A stretch of 64,000 bases of DNA from a virus: IMG/VR virus record IMGVR_UViG_3300010354_000046, positions 77,604 to 141,603 of that record. One strand, written 5' to 3'. Each line of letters starts with the position of its first letter. The first letter of the stretch is position 1. The notes under the pieces were generated by a model that searched no databases, was not told where the DNA came from, and worked only from the letters and a program-made list of their open reading frames with translations. Both the position numbers and the translations under genes were made by a program. Below, piece after piece: positions 29,101 through 38,700 of this stretch.

Positions 29101-32100
29101 TTTAGCAGCCACTAATGCGTCCGATGCTGTTTGTAAACTAGTGGAAACCCATGTTAAGCAAGGCTCAATGCTGGCAGGAGCAACACCGTTATTGATATAG
29201 TCGATGACATTCTGAACACGATCCTGCATAAAAGTACCTGCATACGGGCCGCCGAGACCAACTGTACCAGTAGTAACTTGTGTTTCAGTATTTCCTGGAC
29301 TAACAGTTACAGCTAATTTATTTGCAATCTGTCCGACAATCACTTTTAGACGTGTTAGGCCAGCTATTTCTGCTGGCTTTGTTGCCAGAGGAATAACTAG
29401 TAAATTGTTGGAGAAATAAGCACTTCCTGCAATTAAACTTTGTCTGTTTCCACCGTATGTAACATCGTGTCTTACTGCATCTAAAATAAATCCAATATCT
29501 TCAAGGCAAGATGCTTTTTGTGCGGCGGTAAATCCGTTCCAAATAGTATCATACCCGTTTGTAGGATCTGCTAACCACGCACTAATTTCAGCTTTGATAA
29601 ATGCATAATTTTGTAATACTTGTGCTCTTGAATCACCGTAACTTAAGGTATCACCTGTTGTGTTTCCTGTAGTTGCATAAGCAGTATGAATCAAAGTTGT
29701 ATTATAATTTGTTGGGTTTGGCATTACAAGTGTTGGAACTGCTGTCAAACCAGATGCTAAGATATCATAAACTATTTGGGTTGATTTTTCAATTGCAGTA
29801 GCAGCATCGGCGCTGCCATTAGACCCCATAGGCAATGTTGTGATTTGTAACTCATCATTACCAGTTGTAGGTGTTATTGTTGTATTTGAAATAATGTCTG
29901 GTAATAAAGATTTTACTCTGTTAATAGCAGAAATAGTTTTTGATTTATCACTGACCAGTATTGATACTGGCGCAGCAGGCTGCACGACACTAGTCCTTAA
30001 TTCGTCACCGACTAGTGCTGTGAATTCAGGGACATATATTGGAAGAATTTCATTATATGTCCCTGTTTTAATCATTATGGTAGTGTTTGGCTTAGTTGAT
30101 GTTGGTAATGCAGTAGCGGATCCTTGATTTAGTGCTACGTCAATTAAATCAACTAACCCTGATAATTGTGCCAACGCAGTTGGTTCACTTGTAAATGCCC
30201 CGTCAATAATTTGTTGGGCACGATTTGCAATGCTGATACCGTTAAGTGCCTGGTAGTTGTTTGAAGGAGCAGTATTTGATAAAACGTTTCCTAGTAACGT
30301 TTTAAGGTACACATGCGATTGAACAAAATTAGGAATTCTATATCTTGTTGTGGTTGTAACAAATGCATTTCCTGCTGCTGTAAAATATGCTCGGCCGGCA
30401 GCAACAGTTTTATTTGTGCCGCCGCGAGTTAAATCATATACAATTGCATCGTATATGATACCAGCATCTCGTTCAGTTTTTGTTCTATCATAATCTAATC
30501 TACCAGTCATTGTACCAGTAGCTGATCCTGTCAATGCTCTAACAACACCACCATACGTATTACTAATTGTAAAATGTGTATTATCGATAATTGTTTTTAC
30601 ATAATAAACTGTGCCTAATGTAATACCGCCTAATGCAGTACCGCTAAACACAATCGGCATATTAAGATTTAATCCTGCGGTAGAATCGCAAGTAAATTCA
30701 TAAGTGCCATTATCGTGAGAAGTAATGTTAGTTTGGCATGTATAATACAGATAGTTATCAACTTCTTTCAAAATGAACTGTTTATTTCTTTGCAATAAAT
30801 TTTTTGCTTGAGGATTTAGGTAACCTTCTTCAATCTGTTTACATGCATAACGAACTGTTTTCCATGGTTTGTCGATTGTTAAGCCGCTGGCTGGTGCTGG
30901 TTCATCTCTTCCAAGTGGACCAACATAAACTAAATTATTAATTAAACCGTAATTTGCCCAAGCAGGGAAACCGTCTGTACTACGTAAAATTTGTCCGTCG
31001 ACGCCAACTGGTAATCTAGTTGGTCCATTGGCACCGTAATAAATCATATCTCCGGTGGTTGTTAGTACATTAACCTCTGAACCAATAGTTAAAATGTTCC
31101 AATAGCTAGCTGTAATATCATTATCTGGCCTATTTCCATTAGCAGCAGTATGCGATACAACACACACATAACTGTTTCCGCCAAATAACACTACATCACC
31201 TAGTACATATACCGTTCCGCTATTCCATGTTGCGCTACGGCCGCTCCACGTAAATGTGCTTATTAATCCGCCTACTCCAATACCAGTAACGGTAATTAAA
31301 AGATCGTTGGCTGGAGTAATACCACCTAGCGAAGATCCTAATATTTTAATTACATTAGTAGCAGCATAGCCTAAACCTTCTTGTCCTGACACAAGTGACA
31401 CAGAGTAAACTGTTCCCGAGCGTGTAACATCAAATTGTGCTCCTGTGCCAACACCAGAAACATTAGTTCCAGTTAAAGCTGTATAGGTTTGAGGATTATT
31501 AGTCCAAAAGAAGCCGCTGTTTAATCGGCTCCAGTAAGAAGCATTCGGTGGCTGTTCTCCTGTATTGTCTGCTGATGCAACGTAGGTGTATCCATGTAGT
31601 CTTACTACGTCACCAACTTTATAAGCAGTGGCAATGTCCCATTCGCTACGGAAGTTAAAACCGGTAGTAAAAACATCCCAGTCGCTAGGGTTAGTAGTTG
31701 GTTGTTTATTAGTATTATTTGTTTTAGCAATATAACTGTAACCACCATAAGTGACTGTGTCGCCTATTTGGTATGTTGTTGAGCTGTTCCAGCTATTTTC
31801 AAATTCAAAACCTTCAGTAAATTGTGCCCATTTTGTTCCGTCAAATGATGCAGCAGAAGTATGATGAGTTGTACAAATCCATGTGCCTGCACCGTATTTT
31901 ACAACGTCATTAATTTTATACCTGACGCTTGCACCACTCCAGTTTCCAAGATATATAATACCTTGATTAAATATTTCCCATTTATTTTGATCGGCTTCTA
32001 GTCCGTTTGAGACTGTAGCTGCACTCACGTGAGGAATGGCGCAGATATAGACAAAACCTCCATAAGAAACAAAGTCATTAAGTGCGTATCTTGTTCCGGT

Positions 32101-32712
32101 ATTCCATGCACCTCTATAATTAAACGCCTCTGCAAATGCGGTCCATAAATCTTGGGTTGCTTCTAGTCCGCCAAATGTATAAACGTCGCCACCGCTGACA
32201 TACGGAGCAGTAAAAGGAGTGGCAAATGTTACACTAGATGTTGTAGATGCTGTAACTGTATGTTCACCGTTATATGCTGCCGGATCCATTCCAGAAACTG
32301 TAATTTTTGATCCTGGTGGAAATGGGGTTGGAGTAACTGTAGCAAAAGTTATTGTTGCTTTTCCTGCATTTAACGAAAGACCAGTTGCACTAACTGTAGT
32401 TGGTATTAGCCCAGCAGAAGTATGCGGAGCATCGCAAATATAAACAATACCGCCATACTTAACTTGGTCGCCAGCATCGTACTCTTCGTTTGGTTGCCAG
32501 TCGCCTCTCCAAGTTGTGCCGTCTGCAACCACGTTCCATTTAGTAGGAATGGCTGTAAGATCTGTAGCAAAATGTGCGCTAGCCACGTGATTTACAACGC
32601 AGATATAGCTCTTACCACCCTTACTGATCACATCGTCGATAGCGTAAGTTTGTCCGGTGGTCCATGCACCTTGCCATACAAATCGAATTCTACCTAATTT
32701 AAATTCTGCCAT
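23137..32712 (-). CDS. Giant virion structural/fibre protein (3191 aa)
   Basis: N-terminal tandem W..Y..GD.V.YGG..Y.C...H (CBM5/12-like) repeats, split beta-helix motif, helical repeats, GSGY..APTV repeats and YGNG.FVA...YS.NG..W propeller-like repeats. Confidence 0.8.
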   Translation of the reverse strand: MAEFKLGRIRFVWQGAWTTGQTYAIDDVISKGGKSYICVVNHVASAHFATDLTAIPTKWNVVADGTTWRGDWQPNEEYDAGDQVKYGGIVYICDAPHTSAGLIPTTVSATGLSLNAGKATITFATVTPTPFPPGSKITVSGMDPAAYNGEHTVTASTTSSVTFATPFTAPYVSGGDVYTFGGLEATQDLWTAFAEAFNYRGAWNTGTRYALNDFVSYGGFVYICAIPHVSAATVSNGLEADQNKWEIFNQGIIYLGNWSGASVRYKINDVVKYGAGTWICTTHHTSAASFDGTKWAQFTEGFEFENSWNSSTTYQIGDTVTYGGYSYIAKTNNTNKQPTTNPSDWDVFTTGFNFRSEWDIATAYKVGDVVRLHGYTYVASADNTGEQPPNASYWSRLNSGFFWTNNPQTYTALTGTNVSGVGTGAQFDVTRSGTVYSVSLVSGQEGLGYAATNVIKILGSSLGGITPANDLLITVTGIGVGGLISTFTWSGRSATWNSGTVYVLGDVVLFGGNSYVCVVSHTAANGNRPDNDITASYWNILTIGSEVNVLTTTGDMIYYGANGPTRLPVGVDGQILRSTDGFPAWANYGLINNLVYVGPLGRDEPAPASGLTIDKPWKTVRYACKQIEEGYLNPQAKNLLQRNKQFILKEVDNYLYYTCQTNITSHDNGTYEFTCDSTAGLNLNMPIVFSGTALGGITLGTVYYVKTIIDNTHFTISNTYGGVVRALTGSATGTMTGRLDYDRTKTERDAGIIYDAIVYDLTRGGTNKTVAAGRAYFTAAGNAFVTTTTRYRIPNFVQSHVYLKTLLGNVLSNTAPSNNYQALNGISIANRAQQIIDGAFTSEPTALAQLSGLVDLIDVALNQGSATALPTSTKPNTTIMIKTGTYNEILPIYVPEFTALVGDELRTSVVQPAAPVSILVSDKSKTISAINRVKSLLPDIISNTTITPTTGNDELQITTLPMGSNGSADAATAIEKSTQIVYDILASGLTAVPTLVMPNPTNYNTTLIHTAYATTGNTTGDTLSYGDSRAQVLQNYAFIKAEISAWLADPTNGYDTIWNGFTAAQKASCLEDIGFILDAVRHDVTYGGNRQSLIAGSAYFSNNLLVIPLATKPAEIAGLTRLKVIVGQIANKLAVTVSPGNTETQVTTGTVGLGGPYAGTFMQDRVQNVIDYINNGVAPASIEPCLTWVSTSLQTASDALVAAKSEIQSDATAWIKKFYQEVSFDTALSNRDAGLIVDAIRYDMLLGTNFNAIKAGMAYYRPTTSAEYVISSQKDACLGAIHFMKYKASAIASSGATVQAQKILTDVTKYIKGGAVVDFVWPNPSNINSGFAGAETLINDNKEFIKSEIIAYLSSAYPALEYSSAKCSEDVGYIIDALVYDLKYGGTYASKMAGKAYYSFGTLQVYSSEKTATLAAYAYLKALVQAIAVDSVSVTGYASSPYQGTVAQTRKDVLQVNGSAGAATQLGVLVDIITNIIDLGDTTGVPTVTITTIAGGTTLTTGSAHGLKVGDIIVPQTSNSGLVSGTTYYVVSTPLTTTFTVSTSFAGTPITTLSNGTGLTITAETTIVPTFSQVSATAVNAFTILNGTLTTIKGNISSFISTNYPTLVYNSSTCLRDIGYVVDAIGYDFMLGSNFQTVKAAMSYYRAQASKVIGEQKRATVATFRYLRTLISTSLVNYPTQKAQSRALMAAFIKIVDQGISDVVETYGTVTYNNTLSTIKGAEILRANADFLAAEASAYVTENYGGAIASISISAITMSAPHNLSINDPVIFTGVSAGGISIATTYYVATTPSNSSFTVATTLGGTPVTLSTVASPSLTVRYKFDATACQRDMKEFVLALVYDLQWTGNYKSLRAARLYKNAVEGSALSDMFYVRNACGIRNMTVNGLNGDLTEENDYGTKRPTAGAYTSLDPGFGPNDSAAWVLERSCYCQNVSLFGTGCTGMKIDGAIHAGGNRSIVANDYTTILSDGIGVWCTGSQSLTELVSVFCYYSYSGYLAELGGRMRATNGNSSYGVYGVIAEGTDSTEIPLYANLDNRSAQALVQNVITDGINKVYRFEYLNAGQSYSNVDVAVSGSGFNVVSIGDEFRDDAVYETRLIDKNDGNGYGGQNYGTAINAAQGGDLSTITISATDTALSTAYVGMRVHITAGSGVGQYANILDYSNGSKVAKVYKDSFTPLTITNTTVTTNLITVASTGTLYVNQQIYLNGAIGGLTANTLYYVTAISSATQFTVSTSQGGGSPTLSTATGSVTLYEAGWDHVVPGTPLVTPLDLTTTYIIEPRINYTAPGYTATARTLSATTTWGAVYYAKDRFIALANGTATSYSTNGTTWTAGGTLPSSGAWTQPVYGGGQGATATATVGGLGGTGAVLTAVLGTANSTGAAGADQVASITVVNGGFGYTSPPTIVFTSATGSNAVGVATVLNGAIVSVSVEPADGGSYGSGYLTAPTVTAVTDRVTYITVNTYGRGYLVPPTVTLSGGGATSQATAISVLTTSSYGVYQINVTDGGSGYTSVPTVTINDTTAAFVSIIPGTTSTAYLLGSSAVSANWTTGGTLPATTFADTAYGGGIYVAVGGTASAASTGSVISNWVSRTIPTLGAGTYSAVEYGGSTFVAISTGNTATAYSTNGSSWTAGGALPASTTWTSLAYGNGRFVALAATGRVAYSLDFGANWYAVSTATGTATSVLSSSQTWTRVSYGQGLFFAIATGTNICATSPDGINWTVRAMPSSSQWQGIAFGNPNSQPIWVAVASNSGQIAASMRTGAQALGRIRAQSGNIQEIRMIEPGSGYPYGSVTATTATTNLITTDNTTNLVDSQPVEFTGLDSYGLTTDVTYYVIGSTITSTQFKVSATPGSATSVILNTTTGLSGAYKAAPIQTIIDPNDTVAAPIRARMGDGVLGNPTFTNRGTLNTTATALLTGDGRADFYQASNFIAVTNLFDIPKAGSNVSFASIPGEYYKLVTISNILSMPPTGAGNYTAVFQISPALTVYNAPGYLNRMTMTIKYSQVRLTGHDFLYIGTGNQARTNYPYVDPSLADINKQTLATNGGRVFFTSTDQDGNFNVGNLFGVQQATGTATLNANAFNLSGLQSLQLSGLSLGVGSATITQFSTDPYFTANSDNILPTQRAIKSYITAQIGGGLSQLNVNTLTAGVVYIANNTISTTSGGQLNVTAKMNFTGGIDGAPVALGFFLSR

Positions 32713-32735
32713 TTTATTTCATTCCTTTGACATAA

Positions 32736-32742
32736 TATTTAT
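32736..32742 (-). promoter_or_regulatory. Late-promoter-like ATAAATA
   Basis: In the 50-bp gap upstream of the AGGA RBS of the 3191-aa gene. Confidence 0.6.
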
Positions 32743-32762
32743 CATAGCTTAAAATATGCTAC

Positions 32763-35700
32763 TTATTGGAAATTTCTTCCGTTAAAACCTTTGCTAGTAC
32801 CGTTTCTTACAAAAAATTGTAAGGCAGGTAAGTCTCCATCGACGCCGGCAAATTGACCTTTGATGTTAACTTTGCTTAACATACGAACTTGCCAACCAGC
32901 TTGCCCTTCTGCGATGGTACTTGTTATCTTATCAGGACCTCCTACTACAACTGTACCAGCTGTTAACTGTCCTGTAAATGTATTAGCACCACCCTGGCTC
33001 AAACGGCCTGCTAAGTAAGCCTTGATGGCTCGCTGTGTTGGAAGGATACTATTACTATTGGCAAGGAAAGATGTATCAGTACTAAAAGCTGTAATAATAA
33101 CTTGGTTATTACCTACACTAACGCCGCCAAGTTTCAATTGTGACAAGCCAGTTAATCCAAATTGGCTTGCACTTAAGGTTACAATACCCGTTGCTTGTTC
33201 AACACCAAATAGACCACCAACACTGAAGTTACCGTCTTGGTCAGTTGAGCTATAGAACACACGACCATTATTGCTTTCAACAGTATAGTTAGACTGATTT
33301 AAGTTTGTATCAATTGGGAACCCTGGATAATTTGATTGGTAAGTGTTACCATAACCAATATTTAAAAAGTCGTGGTTGGTTAAACGTACCTGGCTATACT
33401 TCTCTCTAACTGTAAAAGATGTAGTATGCTCCGGTGTGGTGGATGTATCCAGCGCCGGACTAACTGTGAGTTGTACTGTAAGGTTAGGTGCGGTCGATCC
33501 GTACAATGCTGTAGAACTTGTTACTTTATAAATCTGAGTATTGGCTCCAACAAATTGCAAGTTAGAACCTGGTGTAGGTAATTTACTTACATTTTTAGCA
33601 TATAAAGTTGTGCCAATTTGATAGTTATCGGCGTATCCGCCACCAGCAATTGTAATAGCAGTAGAAGTTGTATTATAGTTTGTACCTCTTGATACAAATG
33701 TCGGGCCGGCTAGCGATCCGCTACCAAGTCGAGCAATCAAAGTTGCATCTGAGCTATTATTCGGATCGGTGTAGGATACTGTTGGAACTCCATTATAATT
33801 CGATCCTGGCTCCCATAATGTAATAGAACTAATTTCAGAATTATAAACACTTGGGCGTCCTTGTGCTCTACAACCTGCAAAGGTATTTGTTGAAAATCCT
33901 GTTGAGGAAATAGAAATAAATGTGCCTACATTTGAAGATGTTGGAACCCCGTAAGTCGACACCATTCCAATACCTGTTGTAGTAATAGTCCTTTGTTTCC
34001 AAAGAATCCCGTCTTCGCTGGTATATCCTATAGCACTATTATCATTGAGTGCTAGATAAACTCCTTGCCCGTAACTAACAGTGGTAGCAGTTATAGTATA
34101 CGGAGACGCATACCAAGTTATTCCATCTAAACTATAGGCTGGATTTGTACTTGTACTAGACACAGCTACAAATTTATTGTTACCGTATGTAACTTTTGAC
34201 CATGTAGAACTTACTGGTAATGCGTTACTTGTAACGATCCAAGTGATTCCGTTAGTACTAATAGCAACATCTCTAGAATTATTTGCTATAGCAACAAATT
34301 TTCCTTGACCGTATGTGATGCTAGACCATGCTAGTTGTGTTATTCCAGAACCAAGCGCCCATGTAGCTCCAAAATTTGTTGAGTATGCTGGCTGAGATCC
34401 GCTACCTGCAACTGCTGTTCCTGCAACTGTAACAGATGAAACGCCACCTGCAAGTACAGTACCTACAGTTAACGTTAAATCATTAGCAGGTGATGCTCCA
34501 CCAAGACTAGTTCCTAGTACTCTAATAGTATCACTAACTGCATAACCAGTTCCTGGAGTAGTTATAACCACACGGTATGAAGTTCCAAATCTTCTAACAG
34601 TAACTTTACAGCCTGATCCGCTACTACTTACATTTGATGTAGCTAAATCGTAATATGCAGCTCCGCTAGATAAGGCAATAAACTTACCATTGCCGTATAT
34701 TAATTGAGTCCAACCGCTTAGACTTGGTAAATTTGATAGCAACCAACTATTTCCGTCGCTGTTTGAATAAATCACCTGAGATCCGCTTCCAGTGCCGCTA
34801 AAACTAATTAATACAACAAAACCATTTCCTGCTGCAACAGATGTCCATTGAGATGTAACAGGTAATGTTATCTGAACATAACTTCCGCCGTTTTGTGATC
34901 TTACTAAAGAATTTCCATAGTCTGATGTGACATAAAAATATCCGTTTCCAAATGCTATTGCATTGTAAACACTTGTGCTTGCGCCGCCAAGGCTTACTAC
35001 AGAAGCTTGGTTAAACGCTGGCTCGCTAAATGTAAGTCTTGGTTCTATAAAATATGTACTTGTTGAATCAAACAACGGTGTATCAGGTGTTCCTGGGTTA
35101 ATGTTATCCCATCCAACTTGTGCCACTTGCATATAGCCGGTGCCGCTAGTTAGTGTCACATTAGTTGCTCCGCCCGAAGTACTTGCAATTGTAAAATAAT
35201 TAGTTGCTCCTGTTGTAATAGTTCTGATATAATATGTTGTAGCGGATGTTACTCCTCCAAATAATGGAGTAGAGAACGTACCAGTCATACTACCAGTTCC
35301 GCCGTCTAATAATAATTTAGTCGATGTAGTTGTGCCAACCATCGACCCAGTTGCTGTTGTTAATGCAACATCTGCGCCAGTAGTTCTACAAATAATATTT
35401 CCAGTTGCAGTATTAAGGGTCACGGCTGGACCGCTAGGTACAGCACTAACTGTGAACGAAGTACTATTGTTAATAACAGAAATATAGTATACTTGTTCTG
35501 CAACTAATCCGCCAAACGCTGTACCAGTAAACATCACAGGATTATTCAGTACAAATCCTGCTGTAGATGTAACTGTGATTAGATTACTTCCAGTACTTGT
35601 TGCAGTGGCAGTTGTAGTGATTATACTTGTAGAGACAGTAAACTGTGTTGAATTTGGTCTATTGCTGATGTAATACTTTGTTATTTCTGAAATGTTGCCA

Positions 35701-38700
35701 AATCCTGTACCAACAAAATATATTGGATTTAACGGAATTAAAGATGTAGTATCAGGTAATCCAGAAAGTGTAATTAAATTTGTGCCCGTTGTTGTATTAG
35801 TAATAGATATACTTAAAAGAGAAGCTGAAATTGTAAATGTGTTGCTATTAATAACATCATTAACATAATAATAGGTTCCAACAGTTATCGATGTTCCAAT
35901 TGTAGTTCCTGTAAATTGAATTGCAAAGTTTGGAAACATATTAGTTGTTGAAGCTGTTAAGTAACCGGTATTAGCAGGATAATTTAAAGACATAGTACCT
36001 GTAGCACTTACTAGTGTCCAAATAACTCCGCCAAATGTTGTTGATATTTGTATCTTTGTACCGTCAACAATGTTGGCTACATAATATGTATAACCTGCCG
36101 TAATCTGACCAAATGTTGTGCCGGTAAAACTAATAGGCATATTAACAGCCAACTGAGCTGTACTGGTTACAGTAATTGTATTGCTTAATCCGCCAATTGT
36201 TTCAGTAGCTGTAATCTGATTTTGACTTATTGCTGTTACAGTTGTGGTGAAGAATTTTGGAATAAATTGAACTGGTTGATTAACATACAAAGAATTAACA
36301 TCTTCTCCTGTACTTAATGTAAATCTGTTTGTCCCCGAGGCTGTTTGATTAATTAATAACGGAGTAAATGATTCTTTAAGAACATATGCATCTTTAGTCA
36401 CAGGATTAAAGCTAGAGATGTAGCCATATTGCCCTGCGCCTAGTCCGCTGGTAACTAACAACCTCATACCAATGTATGTATTTGCCGTTGCTACATCCGA
36501 TTGTGCTAATGTTAAGTAGCCAACACCGCTATTACCGCCTTGGGCATTATTATTTGCTGTGATAAAGCCGCTACCGCCGTCGGTAATAATAGTTTGATAT
36601 ATTGCTTGAGATCTAGTTTCATTTCCAATTAACAATGCACCAGAACCGGCACCTGTAACACGAATATTTGCAAAAGCTGTATATGTGTTAGTTGTAGCAT
36701 TTTCTAAATAGTAATTTGTAATGGCCCAGCTACCAACTTCGATCTGTGCTCCGTAAAATATAGTCGAACCAGAAACTCCATTTCGACCTCTAGGATATAT
36801 TCTAAATTGCAAAGTTGTATTAAGTCCAGTTACATCATATATGCCAAAACTAAATCTGTACCAACCATTAACATTAGTCGGAGTTGCTTTTACCAAGGAC
36901 GGAATTGCTCCAACAGAATCCACGCTTGTCCCTGTAACTGCTCCTGTAACCCAGTTATAGTTTACAGAACTTGTAACTGTACTTGATCCGCTATAGATAG
37001 CATAGATATCAAAATTACTTGCAGTACCTGGTTTAGCATATATGCTGAATGTATAATATTGAGTTGTTCCAGAAGGAACAAGACCATTAGATGTAACAGT
37101 TAGTACAGAACTTGGAGGTTGGATACTAGCAACAGTAATTGTTAAATCGTTAACTCCTGTTATCCCGCCAAATGTATTACCAGTAATTAATATCTGATTA
37201 CCTTGAACATAGCCTGAACCTTGATTATTAACTGTTACAACATATCCTCCCGGTGTGGTAGTAATGTCAAATGTTGCTCCAATGCCAGTACCGTTAAGGT
37301 TTAGTCCAGACACGTTTGTGTAAACTTTGCCGCTGGCAGGTATTGATATATTTTGATAGATATAACTTGTATCAGTAATACTAGTGTTTCCTAAGATTGT
37401 CCATGCTTCTGCAGATCCAAAAGGAGATAAAGAGTTTTGGAACAAAATTGCATTTCCGTCATTAGTCCAGCTGGCTCCTATAAAGTTATTAGTATAAGTG
37501 AGCATGTTGGTCACAGGAATATTATAGTCACTACCAGAGTTTGTATACTGAACTTTTAAAATTTGTGCGTTTGAGCCAAAAGAACTTACCGCAGCAGCAG
37601 ATGCTTGCTGAGATCTGTTATCAACACTTCCTGTGGTCGGTATTTCGTTAGGATCAAATCCTTCTGATAGTACACCGTACTCTCCGTAAGAGCTATTACC
37701 GTTTGTTGCGCGGCTTCTTCCACCGTTTTCTGATAGATAGCCTGCATAGCAAAAGTAAGCAAAAACAGAAACTGCTTCGACTAATGCTTCGCCGCCATAC
37801 ACCCATACGCCAACACCGTCGCTTAAAACTTGTGTAAAGTCGTTACACACAACTGAGTGTTGTCCACCATTATGTATTGTTGAATCAACTTTTAATCCAA
37901 CTGCGCCGGCCCCAAAATTTGTACAGTTCTGAATATAAGGAGATTTTCTAATAATCCACGCACTAGTATCGTCGGGGTCGGTGCCCGGATCTAGTGCTGT
38001 ACAAGATCCACCTGTTGGTCTTCTAGTCCCGTAAATATTTTCGTCCGACAAGGTACCTAACATTCCACTAAATGTCATATTACGCATAGTTGTTCCGTTG
38101 CGTAATCTAAACATATCGCCTAATGCTCCGCCTCCGTACACATACATAAATCCATTTTCTGTTGTTAGGTTAACTGCAATACCTTGCTGGCTTGTAGTAG
38201 TGACTCCAGGGACAGCACCAGAACCAGTATCGCTAAATGTGATAGTTCCCGAAGGGGTAGAATCAACTGCCGCAGATAATGTTATAGTTGTTTGTGCAAA
38301 TTGCGGAGTATTTTCTTCAATGTTGAGAACCTTTTGATTGCTTGTAATTCCTGTTCCAGAAACTTCCATGCCGTAGTGAATAACATTTAGAATAGAATCA
38401 ACTACAATTTGATCAGCTGTAGCGCCTGCCTGTAAATAATTTGAAGTGGCGTTAACTGGTTTTTGTATAGTGACTACAGGGTTATCTGTATAGCCAGACC
38501 CTGGAGCGGTGATTGTGTAACTTAATACACTACCAGTAGTAGCATCAACGACTGGACTAACTGTTGCAGTATATCCTCCGGCTGTTTCTGGTGCCGAAAC
38601 AACTGCACTTAATCCTTGGCTATAACCAGATCCTGCGGTTCCTAGCGCCACGGTTGCTAAAGAGTCTCCGAAGACTCTTACCTTAAACGAAGTTGGTGTA

